Part shown: piece by piece, positions 32,728 through 37,677 of the stretch
Numbering within the stretch: position 1 is the stretch's first letter
Layout: each line of letters opens with the position of its first letter
From: an uncultured Clostridia bacterium
GTDB taxonomy: Bacteria; Bacillota; Clostridia; Oscillospirales; Acutalibacteraceae
DNA length: 37,677 nt
Assembly: GCA_945988915.1 (NCBI GenBank)
Contig: CAMFTS010000001.1
Coordinates: 1 to 37,677 of the forward strand
Reading direction: 5' to 3'
Notes under the pieces: generated by a model
The model's input: only the letters and a program-made list of their open reading frames with translations
What the model was told of the DNA's origin: nothing
The model's database searches: none
Translations under genes and position numbers: made by a program

Positions 32728-34061
32728 TTACTTTGTGCCTCCCTTAACACTGCTTTCGCATTTCTCATATACTGAACAAGCGGTCTTCCTGCAGGACAGG
32801 AATATGCACAGGAACCGCATTCCATACAAACCATTGTACCCGCAAGTTTAAGATGGTCTGTATCCTTTGCTCTTGCGTGGCGTTCGATTAGCGTAGGAAC
32901 AAGTGCCATAGGGCAAACAACTGCACATCTTCCGCAGCGAATACAATCCGTTTCTTTTTTTATTGCAATATCTTTCTTGCCGAGAACAAGAATAGCGTTG
33001 TTACTCTTCAGAATCGGATGATGAGTATCAACAATTGATGCGCCCATCATAGGACCGCCTGTAATAATCTTAACAGGGTCTTCCCTGTATCCGCCGCACT
33101 GTTGTAATATGTATTCAATTTCAGTTCCGACGGGAACACGGATATTCTGCGGATTCATAATTGCTTTTCCGTCAACAGTCATTGAGCGGCTGACAAGAGG
33201 CTTACCTGTTTTCATATACCGTGCGACAAATGCGGCAGACGCAACATTCATAACTACGCATCCGACATCTGCAGGAAGCTTTCCGGGCGGAACCTTTCTT
33301 CCCGTTGCGGAAAGAACCATCATTTTTTCTGCGCCCTGCGGATATTTTGATTTTAAAGGCATAACCTTAATTTCATCTCTGTCATCATCAGTTGACGCTA
33401 TATGGTCAAATATCTTAATAGCTTCAGGCTTGTTGTCTTCAACTGCAAGAACTACCTTTTTAAAGCCGAGAATATTTTTTATCCAATGAACACCGTCAAA
33501 TATATTTTCGCTGTTTTCTATACATTCACGGTAGTCAACCGTGATATAAGGCTCACATTCAGCGGCATTTATAATAAGTGTATCAACACCTGAATCCGGT
33601 TTGAAATTAAGTTTAACATGCGTCGGGAAGCCTGCTCCGCCTAAGCCTACAAGTCCTGATTCCCTAACCGCTTTAATCAGGTCTTCTCTCGTTTCAACCT
33701 TCGGTGGCTTGAGTTCTTCAAATTCGGACATTTCACCGTCATTCTCAATAATAACCGCCTGTGAAACATTACCTGTTGCAGTTCTGATTTCTTTAATGGC
33801 AGAGACCTTACCCGAAACGGATGCGTGAATAGGTGCTGAAACATATTTGTCGCTGTCACCTATCACCTGTCCTACCTTAACCGTATCACCAACCTTAACA
33901 GTCGGAGTACACGGCGCTCCGATATGCTGACTCATCGGCAAGGTTACGGTTTCGGGTGCATGGATTCTTTTTACAGGCATATCTTTTGTATTCTTGCTGT
34001 GCGAAACCTTAACGCCGCCTCTGACCTGCTTTACAGGTTTTATCAATTCAGATGAGTGCAT
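32724..34061 (-). CDS. rnfC: Rnf complex subunit C
   Basis: 445 aa with GLGGAGFPTHVK and two 4Fe-4S motifs (CIRCGRCAVVCP, CMECGSCAYSCP). Confidence 0.95.
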   Translation of the reverse strand: MHSSELIKPVKQVRGGVKVSHSKNTKDMPVKRIHAPETVTLPMSQHIGAPCTPTVKVGDTVKVGQVIGDSDKYVSAPIHASVSGKVSAIKEIRTATGNVSQAVIIENDGEMSEFEELKPPKVETREDLIKAVRESGLVGLGGAGFPTHVKLNFKPDSGVDTLIINAAECEPYITVDYRECIENSENIFDGVHWIKNILGFKKVVLAVEDNKPEAIKIFDHIASTDDDRDEIKVMPLKSKYPQGAEKMMVLSATGRKVPPGKLPADVGCVVMNVASAAFVARYMKTGKPLVSRSMTVDGKAIMNPQNIRVPVGTEIEYILQQCGGYREDPVKIITGGPMMGASIVDTHHPILKSNNAILVLGKKDIAIKKETDCIRCGRCAVVCPMALVPTLIERHARAKDTDHLKLAGTMVCMECGSCAYSCPAGRPLVQYMRNAKAVLREAQSK

Positions 34062-34589
34062 TTATTTTCCCCCTTTTTGAATGAGAATATTTTCAACTTT
34101 CAGTAATGCAGGAATTACAGCTCTGAATATTGAACCGGTAATTGCACCGGTTATAATACCTGCAATCAACAGAATAGGCGCATAACCTATAACGGCTTTA
34201 TTACCGACTATAAATGCCGCAACAACGAGCTGCCCGATATTGTGCATTACGGCTGATAAAACGCCTATGAGCATATATCCTGAATTTTTTGTAAACTTAA
34301 ATAAAATGAACATAGTCAGTGTGCTGAGTACGCCTCCGGCAAAGCTCATAAAGAATGCCGAAGCACCTCTTGTCACACCTGCGAACAAAGCTTTTATAAC
34401 GGTTATTGCCAATGCGGGAATAAGGCCCATAGAAGAAGCCGCAAACATAGTTGCTATATTTGAGAAGCCTGCTTTTGCTCCCGGCGGCATAAAAGCAGCT
34501 GTGGGAATCAGACTTTCCAAAAAGGAAAGCACCAACGCAACGGCAGATAGCATTCCGAATAATGAAATTTTAAATGTGGATTTTTTCAT
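34062..34589 (-). CDS. Gx-transporter / heptaprenyl diphosphate synthase component I-like (PF07456-type) membrane protein
   Basis: A polytopic hydrophobic protein of about 175 aa. The ATG at 34589 (MKKSTFKISLFG) lies 1 nt after the upstream stop. Family assignment is from recall of the usual NusG_II/Gx/ApbE neighbourhood. Confidence 0.65.
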   Translation of the reverse strand: MKKSTFKISLFGMLSAVALVLSFLESLIPTAAFMPPGAKAGFSNIATMFAASSMGLIPALAITVIKALFAGVTRGASAFFMSFAGGVLSTLTMFILFKFTKNSGYMLIGVLSAVMHNIGQLVVAAFIVGNKAVIGYAPILLIAGIITGAITGSIFRAVIPALLKVENILIQKGGK

Positions 34590-34590
34590 A

Positions 34591-34965
34591 TCAATAAGTA
34601 ACCGTATCAAAGCTGTCAGACTCTCCGATGACTGTAATAACCGTTTTGTTCGGGACGCAGACAGCAGTATCGCCCGCTTTTGAAATTTTGCCTGTGCCTA
34701 TGCACACCTTGTCCCTGCAATCGCTTTCGGTGAAGCAAACCGTTCCGTTTTCAGCCGTGATAACCACACCGTTTTCAAGTTCAATTTCTGCTTTTTTATC
34801 AATCTTGGATAAATCCAATACCTTTACCGTTTTTCCGTCAACAGAGATAACAGCCGTTTCCCCGTCTTTTTTATAAAAGGAATTAAATACCAAAAGCGAA
34901 ACCGAAACTAATGCAAGCACAACAATAAGTATAAAGTCCTTTTTTGTAATCAGTTTTCTTTTCAT
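34591..34965 (-). CDS. NusG domain II-containing (DUF1312-like) membrane-anchored protein
   Basis: 124 aa with an N-terminal TM anchor, then a beta-rich domain containing CRDKVCIGTGKISKAGDTAVCVPNK. Confidence 0.65.
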   Translation of the reverse strand: MKRKLITKKDFILIVVLALVSVSLLVFNSFYKKDGETAVISVDGKTVKVLDLSKIDKKAEIELENGVVITAENGTVCFTESDCRDKVCIGTGKISKAGDTAVCVPNKTVITVIGESDSFDTVTY

Positions 34966-34967
34966 AA

Positions 34968-36023
34968 TTATTTCAAACTGTAATCATCGTTAATGATTTC
35001 AAGCGACTCTTTCAATCCGTCAGTAACACTGACCGTCTTATCAGAATATATGAAAACCGCTTCTGCTTCATACATTTCAAGAAGTTTTCTTGATTCTTCT
35101 TCGCCTAAGACATAGCACATAGTTGAAAAAGCATCGCTTTCAAGCCCCGAAGAAGCAACAACTGTAACTGCAGCTAAATCATTCTCTACGGGATATCCGG
35201 TTTCCAAATCAAGAATATGATGATAGGTCTTGCCGTCTATTATGAATTTCTTTTCGTAATTGCCCGAGGTGGAAATAAAGCAGTTCTTAACATTCAGCTT
35301 GGCAAAAATATCACTTGCCGAGCCGTAGGGGTCGCGAATACCTACTGTCCAGATATCCTTGCCGTCGTGTGTACCGTAAACCGCAACGCTTCCGCCGACA
35401 GAAACGACAGCTCCCTCGCACTGTTCCTCTGAAGCAATTATTTCAACCGCCTTGTCGCAAGCAATACCTTTTCCGACAGAGCCTAAATTAAATATCTGAC
35501 CTTCCTGAACGCCTATGGAAATTTTAAGGTCGTTTTCAGTAACTCTTATATTGCTGTCAAGACAAAGCGGAATCGCCTTTTTTATTTCGCTGTCATCAGG
35601 CAATCTGAATTCCTCGGTATCTATTCCCCAAAGCTCAGTCAAAGCGCCCGAAGTGACGGACAACTTATTGCCTGAAAGCGAATAAATATCCGTTGTATCC
35701 CAGATATAATCAAAAAGTTCTTTGCTGATTTTATTCTCTTTTCCTGAATTCTGATTTATTCCGTAAAGCTCGGATTCCGTATTGTTCTTTGAAATAATAA
35801 GATCGACTCTTTTAATTTCTTCAATTATTTCCTTTTTGAGTTTATCGCTTGATTTACCGTCTTTATAATAAGGCTGAACGGTAACCACGCTTCCCATAAT
35901 TACAGAAGTGTTTTGCGTATTCTCCGTCCTGTTTGCAGAGCAGGAGCAAAAAAGACATATTATTGCTGAAACGACAACCAAAGCCGTCAATATTTTTCTG
36001 CTTTTCAAGACGAAAAACCCCAC
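34968..36023 (-). CDS. apbE: FAD:protein FMN transferase ApbE (lipoprotein)
   Basis: 351 aa with a signal peptide and lipobox (AIICLFCSC|S). ApbE-like length and context, as the first gene of the rnf operon. The start codon is uncertain: GTG at 36023 or TTG at 36008. Confidence 0.8.
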   Translation of the reverse strand: MGFFVLKSRKILTALVVVSAIICLFCSCSANRTENTQNTSVIMGSVVTVQPYYKDGKSSDKLKKEIIEEIKRVDLIISKNNTESELYGINQNSGKENKISKELFDYIWDTTDIYSLSGNKLSVTSGALTELWGIDTEEFRLPDDSEIKKAIPLCLDSNIRVTENDLKISIGVQEGQIFNLGSVGKGIACDKAVEIIASEEQCEGAVVSVGGSVAVYGTHDGKDIWTVGIRDPYGSASDIFAKLNVKNCFISTSGNYEKKFIIDGKTYHHILDLETGYPVENDLAAVTVVASSGLESDAFSTMCYVLGEEESRKLLEMYEAEAVFIYSDKTVSVTDGLKESLEIINDDYSLK

Positions 36024-36099
36024 TTTCCTACAATATATTATAATTATACTATATGCTTATATTATCTTCAAGAATTGTTTATTATTTAACAATATTTTG

Positions 36100-36129
36100 T
36101 TGTATTGTCATATCCTTTTGTGATAAAAT
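36100..36129 (+). promoter_or_regulatory. Extended -10 promoter for the alcohol dehydrogenase gene
   Basis: -35 TTGTAT (36100-36105), an 18-nt spacer, and TGaTAAAAT (36121-36129). The SD GAGGTG lies at 36135-36140. Confidence 0.4.
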
Positions 36130-36146
36130 GATTCTGAGGTGAAATT

Positions 36147-37256
36147 ATGAGCTTTAACTTCTTTATGCCCGTCAGAGTTATCGGCGGAAACGATATAATT
36201 TCAAAACATACGGACGAATTTAAAAAATACGGTGAAAAATGTCTGATAGTCTGCGGCAAATCCTCCGCGAAGAAGAGCTGTGCACTTGACGACATAGTTT
36301 CGGCGCTGAACAAAAACGGAATTGCATTTGAAATCTGCGATTTCATAACACAAAATCCCAAGACGGTCGATTGTCACAGAGCAGGCAAACAGGCAAGGGA
36401 TTTTTCTGCAGATTTCATTATCGGCATCGGCGGCGGAAGTCAGCTTGACGCATCAAAAGCAGTTGCGGTTTACGCAGCAGATGAAAGCCTTGCCCCGGAA
36501 GATATATACAAAAAGAAAATATCAACGCCTCTTCCCGTAATTCTTGTCGGCACAACAGCGGGTACAGGAAGTGAAGTTACGGGCGTTTCCGTTCTCACGA
36601 GGGAAAGCGGAAAGAAAAAGAGCGTAAGCGGTGAAAGCTATTATGCAAAAGTTGCGTTTGCAGACCCGACTTATACCTATTCCGTGCCGTATTCTTTCAC
36701 GGTTTCAACCGCAATAGACGCATTTTCACACGCAGTTGAAAGTCTTTTTTCAAACAAGGCGGATTTCAACTCGACCAATTATGCATGGCGTGCAATCAAG
36801 CCGATTTGGGAATGTTTGAAATTTTTCTGCACAAACGAAGCACTGCCGACCGACAAAATGAGAGATACCCTTTATTATTCCTCACTTTATGCGGGAATGG
36901 CTCTCAATGCAACGGGCACCTGTTTCCCTCACACTCTCGGCTACACCTTAACGGAAGATTACAATATTCCGCACGGATTTGCCTGTGCTGCTTTTTTACC
37001 GGAATTTGTTCACAGAGCCTTGCAATTCAAGAACGAGCTCGCTATGGAATTCCTTTCGGAAATAGGCGCAAGCTATCCGGAGTTTGAAAAGGTAATCTTC
37101 TCACTTATTGATACCGAAAATGTGAAAATGACAAAACAGCAGATTTTTGCCTACTGTGAGAATTGGCACAATATAAAGAATTTTGAAAACACGCCCGGAG
37201 GTTTTTCGGTTACGGACGCACAAGACCTTTTGACAAAGCTTTTCTGCAAAGAATAA
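36147..37256 (+). CDS. Iron-containing (group III) alcohol dehydrogenase family protein
   Basis: 369 aa with GIGGGSQLDASKAVAV and His-containing metal motifs (AFSHAVES, CFPHTLGY). Confidence 0.85.
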   Translation: MSFNFFMPVRVIGGNDIISKHTDEFKKYGEKCLIVCGKSSAKKSCALDDIVSALNKNGIAFEICDFITQNPKTVDCHRAGKQARDFSADFIIGIGGGSQLDASKAVAVYAADESLAPEDIYKKKISTPLPVILVGTTAGTGSEVTGVSVLTRESGKKKSVSGESYYAKVAFADPTYTYSVPYSFTVSTAIDAFSHAVESLFSNKADFNSTNYAWRAIKPIWECLKFFCTNEALPTDKMRDTLYYSSLYAGMALNATGTCFPHTLGYTLTEDYNIPHGFACAAFLPEFVHRALQFKNELAMEFLSEIGASYPEFEKVIFSLIDTENVKMTKQQIFAYCENWHNIKNFENTPGGFSVTDAQDLLTKLFCKE

Positions 37257-37317
37257 TAACAGCACATATGAAAAGATACAAACGAACAGCAAAAGATGTA
37301 AAATAAAGGAGAATACC

Positions 37318-37677
37318 ATGTCATTTATTGCAGGCAGCGGAAAAACAAATACGGATATTTTATATGCAGGGCTTCCCCGTCTTCCCGAAATGGGAGAGGA
37401 ATTATACTCCGAGGGCTTTGAATTAAAGCTCGGCGGCGGTGTGCCGGGCACAATGATTAACATTTCAAGACTCGGTATCCCCGTTAAAGTATCAACCTGG
37501 CTCGGCGAAGATATGTTTTCACGCTTCTGCCGTGAAGAATACAGCAAAGCGGGCTGTGAAGTTATTAACCTTTACACAGGAAAGGGCAGTTTGCCACTCA
37601 ATATCACTTCTGCTATGATTATCCCCGAAGACAGAACTTTCGTTACATACGGCCCCGTTCCGAAGTATGACGATTAC
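37318..37677 (+). CDS. PfkB-family carbohydrate kinase, N-terminal 120 aa; continues beyond the window
   Basis: Not in the ORF track because it is open-ended. The ATG at 37318 is preceded by AAAGGAGAA. The translation is MSFIAGSGKTNTDILYAGLPRLPEMGEELYSEGFELKLGGGVPGTMINISRLG..., with the GG dipeptide motif typical of ribokinase/PfkB N-termini. Confidence 0.7.
   Translation, partial: MSFIAGSGKTNTDILYAGLPRLPEMGEELYSEGFELKLGGGVPGTMINISRLGIPVKVSTWLGEDMFSRFCREEYSKAGCEVINLYTGKGSLPLNITSAMIIPEDRTFVTYGPVPKYDDY

Noticed and set aside
37101-37547. A 148-aa minus-strand ORF spanning the adh 3-prime end and the kinase 5-prime end.
   Set aside because: It is antisense to two plus-strand genes that have clear family motifs and SD sites. 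Its translation is Pro/Ser/Leu-rich with no motif.

Overview
The window looks like a chromosomal segment of a mid/low-GC Firmicute of the class Clostridia. It is probably Oscillospiraceae/Ruminococcus-like, inferred from rnfCDGEAB, ctsR-mcsA-mcsB-clpC and the cohesin/dockerin-type modules; I cannot verify taxonomy without a search. Nearly all genes are on the minus strand.

Contents from left to right:
- A nine-gene head-to-tail array with no gap larger than 24 nt: ftsY (open at the window edge), smc, ELP3-like radical SAM, rnc, plsX, trmFO, topA, dprA and a TrmH-family methyltransferase.
- infC-rpmI-rplT, with a promoter, an L20-type leader/attenuator and a probable non-AUG infC start.
- An envelope-related block: DUF218/YdcF-like protein, leaderless BNR/sialidase-like propeller, lipoprotein, M28 peptidase interrupted by TM hairpins, and a VanY-like M15 carboxypeptidase.
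- A clearly lower-GC island of about 4.1 kb. It holds a 972-aa secreted protein (CHAP, ricin, two cohesin-like modules, dockerin), a lipoprotein with TTEA repeats, and an XRE regulator.
- ctsR-mcsA-mcsB-clpC with textbook CtsR operators.
- A 545-bp stretch with no ORF-track calls that holds two small ORFs: a 57-aa acidic protein and a 38-aa TM plus six-Cys micropeptide.
- A tightly packed nine-gene apbE-NusG_II-Gx-rnfCDGEAB operon.
- A divergent Fe-type alcohol dehydrogenase and a PfkB-family kinase that is open at the right edge.

I found no rRNA, tRNA, CRISPR array, transposase, integrase or recognisable defence genes.

I do not see a convincing self-contained novel multi-gene system. The best candidates for something undescribed are the low-GC CHAP/cohesin/dockerin island with its repeat-bracketed lipoprotein-XRE cassette, and the Cys-rich micropeptide locus. 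Both are hypotheses that need database and structure checks.
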